NCBI GenBank assembly: GCA_027717985.1
Contig: JALLOO010000002.1
Location: forward strand, 7,257 to 71,256
Length of the DNA stretch: 64,000 bases
Direction of reading: 5' to 3'
Origin: Patescibacteria group bacterium AH-259-L05
GTDB taxonomy: Bacteria; Patescibacteriota; Patescibacteriia; UBA2591; UBA6264
Position 1 is the first letter of the stretch, and each line of letters begins with the position of its first letter. Below, in pieces: positions 47,080-57,653 of the stretch. The notes under the pieces are model-generated. The model was not told the DNA's origin. It saw nothing but the letters and a program-made list of their open reading frames with translations, and did not search any database. The position numbers and the translations under genes are program-made.

Positions 47080-48910
47080 ACAAAAAAGTAACATGAAGTC
47101 GCTTATTAAAAATTTTCTTATTTTTATTATTATCTTTTTAATTCTCTCTGGTATCTTTAGTTTATTTAGTAGCGAAACACAAAAAACACAAGAAATAGGT
47201 CTTAATACCTTGATTTCTGAAATCCAACAAGAAAAAGTACAAGAAATAACTATTGAAGAAGATAAAATTATTATTATTCTCAATGACAATACACATCAAT
47301 TTGCTTTTAAAGAACTTAATGAACCATTGGTAGAACTATTAACAAATTATGGTATTACTCCAGAAAAGATTGCCAATATAGATATAAAAGTAAGAAGCAC
47401 GCGAGGAAGAAATACGTTGATAAATATTATTATTCCTTTTGTGCTTCCACTCCTCATTCTCGTTGGTCTTATCTACTTTTTTTCTCGTCAAGTAAAAGGT
47501 GCAGGTATGCAAGCATTTAAGTTTGGTGAAAGTAGAGTACGAAAAATTGAACCAAAGGATAAAAAAATAAAAACAACATTTAAAGATGTCGCCGGAATTA
47601 AAGAAGCAAAAGAAGATTTAGAAGAAGTTGTTGATTTTTTAAAAAATCCAAAAAAATATATCTCCCTCGGAGCTAAAATCCCTAAAGGAGTACTCTTAGT
47701 TGGTCCTCCTGGGTGTGGTAAAACACTTTTAGCGCGTGCTGTTGCGGGTGAAGCAAATGTACCATTTTTTCATATTTCAGGATCAGAGTTTATTGAAATG
47801 TTTGTAGGCGTTGGCGCATCACGAGTACGCGATTTATTTGTAAAGGCAAAAAAAAATCTTCCGGCAATTGTATTTGTTGATGAACTTGACGCAGTTGGCC
47901 GCCAGCGCGGCGCTGGGCTTGGCGGATCCCATGACGAACGAGAGCAAACCCTTAATCAAATCCTTGTTGAACTCGACGGATTTGATCCTAATATCGGTCT
48001 CGTCGTCCTCGCGGCAAGTAACCGCCCTGATATTTTAGACCCCGCACTCCTGCGCCCAGGACGATTTGATCGAAAAGTAATTTTAGATCTTCCTGATATT
48101 GGCGATAGAGAAGAAATTTTAAAAATTCATGCACGCGGAAAACCATTTGCCTCAAGTGTAAATTTAAAACAGGTGGGAGAAAGAACGCCAGGATTTACTG
48201 GTGCTGATTTAGAAAACTTGCTTAATGAAGCAGCAATTCTTACTGCAAAACTCAATAAAAAGAAAATTGGTATGAATGAAATATTTGAAAGCATTGAACG
48301 GGTAATGCTTGGCCCTGAAAGAAAATCTCATGTTCTTTCAAAAAAGGAACGAGAAATTGTTGCCTATCATGAAGCAGGACACGCAATTGTCGCACACCTG
48401 CTTTCCGGATGTGACCCTGTACAAAAAGTATCTATTATATCTCGAGGAAGGGCTGCTGGCTATACTTTAAAAATGCCGGAAAAAGAAAAATCTCTTCGCA
48501 ACAAGTCAGAATTTCTAGACAATATTGCCTCAGCACTGGGTGGATATGCAAGTGAAAAAATGATATTTAACTCTGTCACTACAGGCGCTGCTGATGACCT
48601 GCGTCAAGCAACAAAATTAACAAGAAAAATGGTTACTGAATATGGTATGAGCGACATATTAGGACCTCGTACATTTGGAGAAAAAGAAGAACTTATATTT
48701 TTAGGGCGTGAAATATCCGAAAGAAGAGATTATTCTGAAAAAATAGCTGAGTTAATTGATTCAGAAGTTTCTAAAATTATTAATACATGTTTTAATAAAG
48801 CACAAATTATTCTGAAAAAAAACAGAAAAAAACTTAATACAATTGCAAAATCGCTGTTAAAAAAAGAATCGTTAGAAAAGGCAGAATTTAATAAATTAAT
48901 GAAAACGTAA
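47069..48910 (+). CDS. ftsH: ATP-dependent zinc metalloprotease FtsH
   Basis: [27 protein letters not shown]. The start at 47069 overlaps the rpsA stop; the ORF-track upstream extension is in the rpsA 3' region. Confidence 0.9.
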   Translation: MKHKQKSNMKSLIKNFLIFIIIFLILSGIFSLFSSETQKTQEIGLNTLISEIQQEKVQEITIEEDKIIIILNDNTHQFAFKELNEPLVELLTNYGITPEKIANIDIKVRSTRGRNTLINIIIPFVLPLLILVGLIYFFSRQVKGAGMQAFKFGESRVRKIEPKDKKIKTTFKDVAGIKEAKEDLEEVVDFLKNPKKYISLGAKIPKGVLLVGPPGCGKTLLARAVAGEANVPFFHISGSEFIEMFVGVGASRVRDLFVKAKKNLPAIVFVDELDAVGRQRGAGLGGSHDEREQTLNQILVELDGFDPNIGLVVLAASNRPDILDPALLRPGRFDRKVILDLPDIGDREEILKIHARGKPFASSVNLKQVGERTPGFTGADLENLLNEAAILTAKLNKKKIGMNEIFESIERVMLGPERKSHVLSKKEREIVAYHEAGHAIVAHLLSGCDPVQKVSIISRGRAAGYTLKMPEKEKSLRNKSEFLDNIASALGGYASEKMIFNSVTTGAADDLRQATKLTRKMVTEYGMSDILGPRTFGEKEELIFLGREISERRDYSEKIAELIDSEVSKIINTCFNKAQIILKKNRKKLNTIAKSLLKKESLEKAEFNKLMKT

Positions 48911-49824
48911 TGTCAGTAAAACTAAAACCTCTTCTTAAAAATTCATGGAATATTGTATGGCATAATCCGCTCTTGTGGTTGTTTGGATTTTTCGCTGCCC
49001 TATTTGCCAATAACGAAATTAATGTCATTATTGCTAACTTTAATCGAATTAATAATTGGATAGACCAGCTTATCACTTTAAAAGTGATAAAAACACAATT
49101 TAATACCATTTTTACTGGCATTCAATCACAAGAATTTTTTACCGCAACTGCATTATATAATATATCATTAGGACTAATTATTTTTTTGTTCTTTTTATAT
49201 CTTTCAATAACTTCTCAAATTGCACTTGTTCTATCAGTTAAAAAAATACACACAGTTAAAACACGGCTTACCTTAACAAATATATGGAAAAAAAGTAAAA
49301 CATTTTTTTGGCCCATACTTGGATTATATTTTCTTGTATTGGTAATTACCTATGGTTTTTTATATCTTCTGTCTTTTCCATTTTTATACACCCTTCCTAT
49401 CCCTATTATTACCTATATTATTATTTTTCTTATTCTTGTATTCTGTGTTACCTTTATCTCTCGGTTTGCAATTTTTTATATCATATTAAAAAATAATCGT
49501 ATCATAAATTCTTTTAAAAATGCATCTTTATTTTTCTTTAAAAATTTTTCTATTGTTATTAAAACATCAGTCATTTTATTTATCATTCTTATTGTAGTCG
49601 GTCTTGGAGTACTTTTAGTCTCTATTGGCGCATCATTTCCGTTCTTAACTCTTATGAGTCTTTTTCTTTATATAAAGTTTATGTTTGGATTTTGGTTTAC
49701 CCTTATCGCATGGACGTTTATATTACTTATATTTTTTGCGGTTATTAGTTCTATTTTCTCATCGTTTCAAACATCAGTATGGATTTTACTCTTCTCTAAA
49801 CTATCAAAAAAGTTATCTTCTTAA
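48910..49824 (+). CDS. hypothetical polytopic membrane protein
   Basis: At least 6 hydrophobic helices. The start overlaps the ftsH stop. Confidence 0.45.
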   Translation: MSVKLKPLLKNSWNIVWHNPLLWLFGFFAALFANNEINVIIANFNRINNWIDQLITLKVIKTQFNTIFTGIQSQEFFTATALYNISLGLIIFLFFLYLSITSQIALVLSVKKIHTVKTRLTLTNIWKKSKTFFWPILGLYFLVLVITYGFLYLLSFPFLYTLPIPIITYIIIFLILVFCVTFISRFAIFYIILKNNRIINSFKNASLFFFKNFSIVIKTSVILFIILIVVGLGVLLVSIGASFPFLTLMSLFLYIKFMFGFWFTLIAWTFILLIFFAVISSIFSSFQTSVWILLFSKLSKKLSS

Positions 49825-50049
49825 GAATTTGTTAACTTCATGTGTATAATCTATAGATAAAATATTAACTTTATTATTTTTGATTCTCATTCACTTTTTA
49901 TCCACTTATTTCTCAATACATACACACAGTACCTTTTATAACTTTTCCGCTTAATCTTCATATACTTTTTTGTTTTCCACTATTTCCACACCTTTATTAT
50001 TACTACTAAATAATATATACTAAATAATATAATAAGATCTCTGAAAAAA

Positions 50050-50352
50050 TATTGTTTTTGTCATTTCGACCGAGCGAACGAAGTGAGCGAGTGGAGAAAT
50101 CTCATACGTTTACGATAAATGAATGGTGTGAGATTCCTCGTCACGACTACGTCGTGACTCGGAATGACAAGGTGGGAGGTTTACTCGCTCTTCGTAAAGA
50201 CTTTTTCAGAGGTCTCATAATAAGAACCTTCCTTACTTTGTTCGGAGGAACTTTGAAGAGATATCTTTGATGTCATTGCGAGGAGCAGAGCGACGAAGCA
50301 ATCTCATGTATGAGATCCCTCGCTGCGCTCGGGATGACACTGCGTGTCATTT
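50050..50352. repeat. block of long imperfect palindromes of the GTCAT...GGATGACA family plus one AAGAACC-family element (50213-50252)
   Basis: tgtcattgcgaggagcagagcgacgaagcaatctcat/atgagatccctcgctgcgctcgggatgaca, and gtcatttcgaccgagcgaacgaagtgagcga...gtcgtgactcggaatgaca. Confidence 0.55.
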
Positions 50353-50377
50353 ATATCCAAACTTTAATATAACATTT

Positions 50378-51499
50378 ATGAAATTCTCTTGCCGTCAAGA
50401 AAATATATCGTATGGATTAAATATAGGCTCAAAAATTGCCGGAACATCAAAAAGTAGCCTTCCAATTTTAAATAATGTTCTTTTATCTGCTGAATCGGGC
50501 ACTCTTATAATCAGTGCCACAAATTTAGAAATGGCAATTGAAGTAAAAATCCGCGCAAAAGTAGAAAAACAAGGTAAAATTACTATCCCCGCACAAATTT
50601 TAAACAATTATATTAATTTATTAAATGAAAATGAAGTACTTAATTTCAAAGCAGTAAAAAATGAACTTAACATTACCAGTGAAAATCAAAAAACAAAGAT
50701 AAAAGGAGAATTCGCAGAAGAATTTCCTATTATCCCTCATATTGAAAGCAAAGAACAATACATACTAAAGAGTAAAACACTAAAAAATGCATTAGAAAAA
50801 ACAGTATTTGCAATCTCAAGCACTGAAGTAAGAGCTGAATTAAGTGGAGTTCTCTTTTCATTCAATACACCACATGATAATAAAATAACACTAGTAAGTA
50901 CTGATAGTTATCGTCTTTGTGAAAAACAAATTGATATTAAAAAAACCTCACATAAAAATAAAAAAAACATTATTATACCGGTAAGAACATTAGTTGAACT
51001 TTTAAGAGTTATTAAAGATAAAGATGATATAGAAGTATCAGTTTCAGAAAACCAAGTATTATTTAAATATGATGACGTAGAGATAATAACACGAATTATT
51101 AGTGGAGAATTTCCTAATTATAAGAGCACCATACCACCAGAATTTAGAACCAAAGTGCTTATTAAGAGAGAAAGCTTTTTAACTGCGGTAAAAGGAGCCG
51201 GATTTTTTACTCGTTTAGGCGTTAACGATATTAATATACAGTTTATAGCTAAAAATAATAAGTTAGTAGTTTCTTCTTTAAATAATCAGTTAGGGGAAAA
51301 TCAAACAACATTAAAAGCAGATATTAGTGGTGAGGATAATGAAATTGTTTTTAATTATCATTACTTAATTGATGGTTTAACTAATATAAAAGGAAAAGAG
51401 GTTAGTTTAGAAATCGTAAATGATAATATGCCAGGCGTGATACGATCAGAGGACGACAAACATTATCTATATTTAATAATGCCAATTAAGAACTCATAA
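50378..51499 (+). CDS. dnaN: DNA polymerase III beta sliding clamp
   Basis: MKFSCRQENISYGLNIGSKIA...LPILNNVLL. The ORF-track N-terminal 37 codons are repeat-derived. Confidence 0.85.
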   Translation: MKFSCRQENISYGLNIGSKIAGTSKSSLPILNNVLLSAESGTLIISATNLEMAIEVKIRAKVEKQGKITIPAQILNNYINLLNENEVLNFKAVKNELNITSENQKTKIKGEFAEEFPIIPHIESKEQYILKSKTLKNALEKTVFAISSTEVRAELSGVLFSFNTPHDNKITLVSTDSYRLCEKQIDIKKTSHKNKKNIIIPVRTLVELLRVIKDKDDIEVSVSENQVLFKYDDVEIITRIISGEFPNYKSTIPPEFRTKVLIKRESFLTAVKGAGFFTRLGVNDINIQFIAKNNKLVVSSLNNQLGENQTTLKADISGEDNEIVFNYHYLIDGLTNIKGKEVSLEIVNDNMPGVIRSEDDKHYLYLIMPIKNS

Positions 51500-51504
51500 A
51501 AGTC

Positions 51505-51780
51505 ATGAATAAACGAGAGTTAATTGAAGAACTATATAAAAAAGCAGATGGGTGCTCTAAACTTGAAGCAGAAAATTATCTAAATTTTTTAGTTAATATT
51601 ATTAAGTCAAATTTAAAAAAAGGTGATAAGGTAACGATTGCTGGTTTTGGCACGTTTAGAACTTTGGTAAGAAAGGCGCGAAGCGGTGTTGATCCGCAGA
51701 CAGGAAAAAAAATTAAAATTCCCAAGGTACGCGTTGCAAAATTTGTCACAGGCAGCGCCCTCAAACGCGCCGTGAAATAA
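51505..51780 (+). CDS. hup: HU-family DNA-binding protein
   Basis: MNKRELIEEL...GFGTF...R.GRNP-like arm (ARSGVDPQTGKKIKIP). Confidence 0.9.
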   Translation: MNKRELIEELYKKADGCSKLEAENYLNFLVNIIKSNLKKGDKVTIAGFGTFRTLVRKARSGVDPQTGKKIKIPKVRVAKFVTGSALKRAVK

Positions 51781-51861
51781 GCCTCCTTTTCTTGTCAACT
51801 CGAATGAGTTATAGGCGAGCGAGGAATTCAATTCACCACAAACTCTTTGTTAAACATTTTT

Positions 51862-51892
51862 TAACTAAAAAAGCGATATAAACCATCGCTTT
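51862..51892 (+). terminator. rho-independent terminator AAAAAAGCGATataaaccATCGCTTTTTT
   Basis: Lies 3' of hup. Confidence 0.65.
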
Positions 51893-51901
51893 TTTACGTT
51901 A

Positions 51902-52027
51902 TAAGAAAGTTGATATAGTGCCCAGTGTAGCTATTACTGTACCGGTGGCTATAAATATATAAATAATCCTATCAAAGTATTTTTCCAAATGGGCCAAATC
52001 GATTTTCTTATTTTTTAATTTTGACAT
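51902..52027 (-). CDS. small hydrophobic protein (42 aa) MSKLKNKKIDLAHLEKYFDRIIYIFIATGTVIATLGTISTFL
   Basis: Strong SD AGAGGAG 7 nt upstream; one TM helix. Confidence 0.4.
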
Positions 52028-52197
52028 CTCGTCACTCCTCTATTTTTTTTGTTAAGAACTATAATTGTAATTCTAAATAAAAAGAAAAAATCTGTCAAAC
52101 GCAAACTATAGTATTGTCGTACCTATAGTATTTGACATTTTATTTATTGGAAACCGTCTAAGCAAAAGCTATGACGGTTTTTTCTTTAAACAAAAAA

Positions 52198-52268
52198 TGC
52201 CCCCAGAAGGGATTGAGCCTTCTTCAATTGCTTAAGAGGCAACTGCTTTACCATTAAGCTATGGGGGC
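52198..52268 (-). tRNA. tRNA-Lys (anticodon CUU), CCA not encoded
   Basis: GCCCCCATAGCTTAATGGTAAAGCAGTTGCCTCTTAAGCAATTGAAGAAGGCTCAATCCCTTCTGGGGGCA. It has a 7-bp acceptor stem, a 4-bp D stem, a 5-bp anticodon stem with loop CUCUUAA, and a 5-bp T stem. Confidence 0.8.
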
Positions 52269-52276
52269 ATATAAAA

Positions 52277-52690
52277 TTAAATTTTATTTTTAATCAAAGA
52301 AATAAATTTTTTAATATCTTTTAGTCGATTTTGTAGTGTGTCGTATACAATATCATAATCTATTTGTTCATAGTCATGAGCAATAATATTTCTAAAACCA
52401 GTCATTTTCGCTAGTTGTTCTGTTAGTTTATTTGATATAATTTTTTCTTCATTTAGAATATAAAAGTTTTCGCTTAATGTTGTTGGTTTTCGAAATTTTT
52501 TTAATGAGATAACAGCTTCTGCTAAATCAATAGTTGCTTGAACAGCTAAATATAAATATCTCTCAAGAGACCCTTTAATGGTTATGTTTTGTTTTATTTC
52601 TTCTACCGAATACTTCTTAAAAGAATTTAAAATACTAAGATATTTTTCAACCGAACTGATTTTATTTTCAATCACAGAATGATTAGTCAT
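52277..52690 (-). CDS. hepT: HepT-like HEPN toxin (DUF86)
   Basis: Rx4HxY motif GFRNIIAHDYEQIDY. Confidence 0.7.
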   Translation of the reverse strand: MTNHSVIENKISSVEKYLSILNSFKKYSVEEIKQNITIKGSLERYLYLAVQATIDLAEAVISLKKFRKPTTLSENFYILNEEKIISNKLTEQLAKMTGFRNIIAHDYEQIDYDIVYDTLQNRLKDIKKFISLIKNKI

Positions 52691-53085
52691 GGCTTTGTAA
52701 GGTTATATTTTAAAAGCATTTGACGAAAGTCAAAATATTCATTAAGGATACGAGGCTCAATTAAAACCTTAAACGGCTCACGTTCTAAAATTAATTTTCC
52801 GTCTTTAATAATATTATATTTCAATTCAGGTTGTTCAACTGTGTTTAACATAACCACATCAATATTATCAGTCTTTAATATCCTGCTTATTATATCAATG
52901 AGTTTGAGCTTGAGATCGGTTATCTTTTTTTTATTATTTTCATCTATATAAAAAGCAAAATCATAGTCGCTTAATGGACCGCTGTTATCTTGTGCTTTTG
53001 ACCCAAATAAATATACAAGTTTTATTTGAGGAAAAGACTTGAAAGTTTTGACAAGTGATGTAATGTTTTTGTCTTTTTTTGTCAT
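52687..53085 (-). CDS. mntA: MntA-like nucleotidyltransferase antitoxin
   Basis: LFGSKAQDNSGPLSDYDFAF (GS..x9-13..DxD) pol-beta NTase motif. There is a 4-nt overlap with hepT. Confidence 0.7.
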   Translation of the reverse strand: MTKKDKNITSLVKTFKSFPQIKLVYLFGSKAQDNSGPLSDYDFAFYIDENNKKKITDLKLKLIDIISRILKTDNIDVVMLNTVEQPELKYNIIKDGKLILEREPFKVLIEPRILNEYFDFRQMLLKYNLTKP

Positions 53086-53146
53086 AACAACAGTATTATA
53101 TCAAATTTTTATTTGGTTGTAAAGATTCCTAAAAAAATTATCACCG

Positions 53147-53431
53147 TTAGGTGACAATTTTTTTCTTTTGTAGCTTAATTTTTATTATCAGGATGAGGTA
53201 ATAAGAGTACAGAATTGTGAATGATATTTGTCCAGAAATAATCCAGAGATCTCCCATATTAATAAACTTAGCCATAATTAGTACCATTGCTATAAAGCGC
53301 ATAACAACCTCCCAAATAGCTATATCGCTCACTGTTTTTCTTTTTCTGGTTTTTCGAATTTGTAGAAATACGCCTAATACCAGAACACCATAGGCAAGAA
53401 GAGCAAGAGAGTTGATAACTGCTGTTGGCAC
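53147..53431 (-). CDS. SemiSWEET/PQ-loop-like small membrane protein (94 aa)
   Basis: Three TM helices. FLQIRKTRKRKTVSDIAIW resembles the PQ-loop motif, with LQ in place of PQ. Confidence 0.35.
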   Translation of the reverse strand: MPTAVINSLALLAYGVLVLGVFLQIRKTRKRKTVSDIAIWEVVMRFIAMVLIMAKFINMGDLWIISGQISFTILYSYYLILIIKIKLQKKKIVT

Positions 53432-53531
53432 GGTATTCTTCCTCCTAATTTAGGATGAACAAATTTTTTTATTTTTCCAATTGTATTTATATTCTATCAA
53501 AAAAATGACCCCTTGTCAATAGAGGCGACAC

Positions 53532-53559
53532 TTGACATAGGGCTAAAAACAGGTATAGT
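53532..53559 (+). promoter_or_regulatory. sigma70-like promoter TTGACA-16-TATAGT
   Basis: cTTGACAtagggctaaaaacaggTATAGTttc lies about 40 nt upstream of the 53600 start, with a GGAGGG SD. Confidence 0.5.
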
Positions 53560-53599
53560 TTCTATATAGATCATTAAAATTGCTTAGGAGGGTAGATAA

Positions 53600-54001
53600 A
53601 TGATTACATGGTATGTTGTTGGGTTAGTAGTCATTGTAGTATGTCTTGCTCTTAAGGAGTATATAAAAGAAATTTCTATAAAAGTACTGATTCCTACTTT
53701 TCTTTTAGGAAGATTTCTTGATAAGTATTCTACGTGGTTAGTTTTAGAGAAATTTAATCATAATTCTGAGTTAGAGCAGAGTATAATAACTCGATGGATG
53801 TTACAGAATATTGATTTCTCAGATGGGATTGTACTTTTTTTTTCTGATATAGTATTGTTGCTTCCTTTCTTTTTTATAGTAAAACATTTTTGGCGTAAAT
53901 CAGAGATATCAAAAATAAGAACCAAAGCATATCTGTTAGCAGGTACTATTTTATTCTTTCTTGTTGCAAATTCTAATTTTTTCCATTACTTTTCTTCATA
54001 G
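53600..54001 (+). CDS. hypothetical membrane protein (133 aa)
   Basis: Four hydrophobic segments with SD TAGGAGGG. Confidence 0.45.
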   Translation: MITWYVVGLVVIVVCLALKEYIKEISIKVLIPTFLLGRFLDKYSTWLVLEKFNHNSELEQSIITRWMLQNIDFSDGIVLFFSDIVLLLPFFFIVKHFWRKSEISKIRTKAYLLAGTILFFLVANSNFFHYFSS

Positions 54002-54112
54002 TATCAATGCAATGGTTCTATTCAGGGTTGAGTAGAGCCATTTTTGTTTTTTTTGTACAATAGAAGAAAAAACCATCATCTAACTAAGTGACGGTTTTTA
54101 TTGTAAGAGTCA

Positions 54113-54892
54113 TTATTTTATACTCCTTAGAAGCGATCGGACTGCAGCAATCCAGCTTATTATTTCTTCAACATCATTAGTAACACCAAACATTCGTAAT
54201 TCAATAGTTCCATGAACACTGATACGGATTAGGTGATAACAGTCTCGTGGGTTATCCGCAAATCCTTGTTTTTTTGCAACTTCAAAGAAATGATCAACAT
54301 CTCTGTAGTGGTATGGTATCCAGTCAGGTGCCATTTCTTTATATAATTGAAGTCGTTTCCCATGAGAGTGATCACCGAGCCGACAAAGGTAATTAAGATA
54401 ATTTTTTAGATGGTTTGCTGATCTGATTGCTGTTTCAATATCTGGCATGCCTATATGAATATGAGTTCCTGTGACTCTACAGGCTGCTTTTAGCTTTTCT
54501 TGAGGAATAGTTTTTACAATTTTAAGGTAACGCGGATCTGGATATACATCTAAGATCATGTTTTCTGGTGCAACCTCAATACTACGTAAATTTAAACTCA
54601 GTTTACGTGCAACTGCCTTGCCTTCTTTATGGTTTTGAATAAGTTGTGCGTGGATATTCTCTAGTTTTTTTTCTGGATTTGTTCTGACTTCAACTTGACA
54701 AACTGACAGTTCATATGTCCATTTTTGATCATTCATTTCTTTAAGAAAATCTACCGCACAAGGAATCGGAGTATTATCTACTGATGTAAGAAAATATTCT
54801 CTTTCAATTCCAATAAGTCCTTTATTCTTTTTATCAAACTTAAACTTTTTCAAAAATTCAGCTATATCTGCTTTTTTCTGTGTTTTGTTCAT
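54113..54892 (-). CDS. GCS2-family (glutamate-cysteine-ligase-like) carboxylate-amine ligase, short form
   Basis: GIEREYFL near the N-terminus is typical of GCS2/YbdK-like ligases. At 259 aa it is shorter than typical members. Confidence 0.45.
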   Translation of the reverse strand: MNKTQKKADIAEFLKKFKFDKKNKGLIGIEREYFLTSVDNTPIPCAVDFLKEMNDQKWTYELSVCQVEVRTNPEKKLENIHAQLIQNHKEGKAVARKLSLNLRSIEVAPENMILDVYPDPRYLKIVKTIPQEKLKAACRVTGTHIHIGMPDIETAIRSANHLKNYLNYLCRLGDHSHGKRLQLYKEMAPDWIPYHYRDVDHFFEVAKKQGFADNPRDCYHLIRISVHGTIELRMFGVTNDVEEIISWIAAVRSLLRSIK

Positions 54893-54932
54893 GTTTCCCC
54901 TCCTTTTTTGTTAATGAACTAATTTTTTAAAT

Positions 54933-55706
54933 TTATTTTTTATTGGGCAAAACAAAATAGTTTAAAAAGTTTAGCAAAATTTTTTCTGTTTGACCAGTTT
55001 TTTTAATAGATAAAAGCAATTTTTTAAATTCGTTTTCATTGTTCACAAAACCTTCTTTTATCAAGCCTTGTTTATATTGTTTTGTTTTAGTTGTCATATG
55101 ATGATAAGATAATTCTGGATGAAATTGAACAGTTCTTGTATAGCTGTTTATAGCGAGTGATTGAATTTCGCATAGATCAGAAGATGCAAGCAATTTCCCT
55201 TTCGTGTTGATATTTTTAACCATACATTTATGACTTGATTGAACAAAAAAATTTTCAGGAACTCCCTTAAATAAAAGGTCTTTCGTTCCATTTTTGGTAA
55301 GCGTTAGTGGTATGGTTCCGAATTCTCTTCCTTGTGGATTATAAATCACCGTTCCTCCCAAAGCTCGTGCAATAAATTGGTGCCCCCCACATACGCCAAG
55401 TAAAGGAATGTGTGTATTGATTGCTGTATTAATAAATTTGTATACATTTTTCATCCAGTGGTTTTCATCACTTGGTATTGGATGCTTTGCTGATCCACCA
55501 ATAATGATTCCATGATATTTTTTTGGATCAGGAAGCTGTTTTTGAGCAGCATCAACGGTGATAAATTCATCTTTTTTTAGATTTAATTTTTTTCTAAAAA
55601 GTTCTGCGTAAGGACCTTTTGTCACTTTTTCTTCTTGTTTTTTTGATTCTAAATTATCAGTTAAAATATCAAGAAATAGTAATTGTAATTTTTTATTATT
55701 TTTCAT
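54933..55706 (-). CDS. class I glutamine amidotransferase-like protein
   Basis: HIPLLGVCGGHQFIARALGG (Cys-His GATase1 motif). Confidence 0.65.
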   Translation of the reverse strand: MKNNKKLQLLFLDILTDNLESKKQEEKVTKGPYAELFRKKLNLKKDEFITVDAAQKQLPDPKKYHGIIIGGSAKHPIPSDENHWMKNVYKFINTAINTHIPLLGVCGGHQFIARALGGTVIYNPQGREFGTIPLTLTKNGTKDLLFKGVPENFFVQSSHKCMVKNINTKGKLLASSDLCEIQSLAINSYTRTVQFHPELSYHHMTTKTKQYKQGLIKEGFVNNENEFKKLLLSIKKTGQTEKILLNFLNYFVLPNKK

Positions 55707-55972
55707 ACGTTTAGAATATAAAATAAAACTAGCTTTCTGTTTTTGGAAAGCTGGTCTGATCTATGTTGCGTTGTTATATAATTCTTTAATTTACTAAATC
55801 AAATACTAACTTTCCATCAGAAAGCCATGTAGCCCAATAGTTGCAAGAGTTATTTTTTGAAAAGTTAGTCATATGCAAGTAAGTTTATATAAGAAATAAA
55901 ATTTGGTCAATACTATCTATTGTGGATAAGTTATACTCTTAAAATTTGGCAGTTAAGATAGTATACCTTTTG

Positions 55973-56008
55973 AATTTCAAGGTTCTCGAGCGAAGCGAGA
56001 GGTTCTTA
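55973..56008. repeat. AAGAACC-family element overlapping the atpC stop
   Basis: caaggttctcgagcgaagcgagaggttcttata. Confidence 0.5.
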
Positions 56009-56269
56009 TATTTCTGCTAAAATTACCACTTCTTCGGGTTTTACCTCTAAAAATCCTTTTTTGATTTCAATAGTTTGTATTTGTTCTTTTTCGTATCGCT
56101 CAGGTTTTATAGATTTTTTAATTTTAATTACTCCTTTTTTAAGCGGTGTGATTAAAGGAATGTGGTGGTCAAGAATAGATATTTCTCCATCAATTGATGG
56201 CACGCTTAATAGACCAATACTTCCTTCAAATAATGTTTTCTCTAAGGTGTAAATAAAAAGATTGAACAT
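56006..56269 (-). CDS. atpC: F1 ATP synthase epsilon subunit (beta-sandwich domain only, 87 aa)
   Basis: …GLLSVPSIDGEISILDHHIPLITPLKKGVIKIK…. Confidence 0.75.
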   Translation of the reverse strand: MFNLFIYTLEKTLFEGSIGLLSVPSIDGEISILDHHIPLITPLKKGVIKIKKSIKPERYEKEQIQTIEIKKGFLEVKPEEVVILAEI

Positions 56270-56270
56270 A

Positions 56271-57647
<1,377 letters not shown>

Positions 57648-57653
57648 CTATAT

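Noticed and set aside
52152-52186. Hairpin AACCGTC…GACGGTTTTTT next to tRNA-Lys as an sRNA or terminator of an unannotated + strand gene
   Set aside because: No + strand coding gene or promoter precedes it. It is likely a bidirectional or leftover terminator, and a similar imperfect copy exists at 54085-54115. It is noted but not called as a feature.
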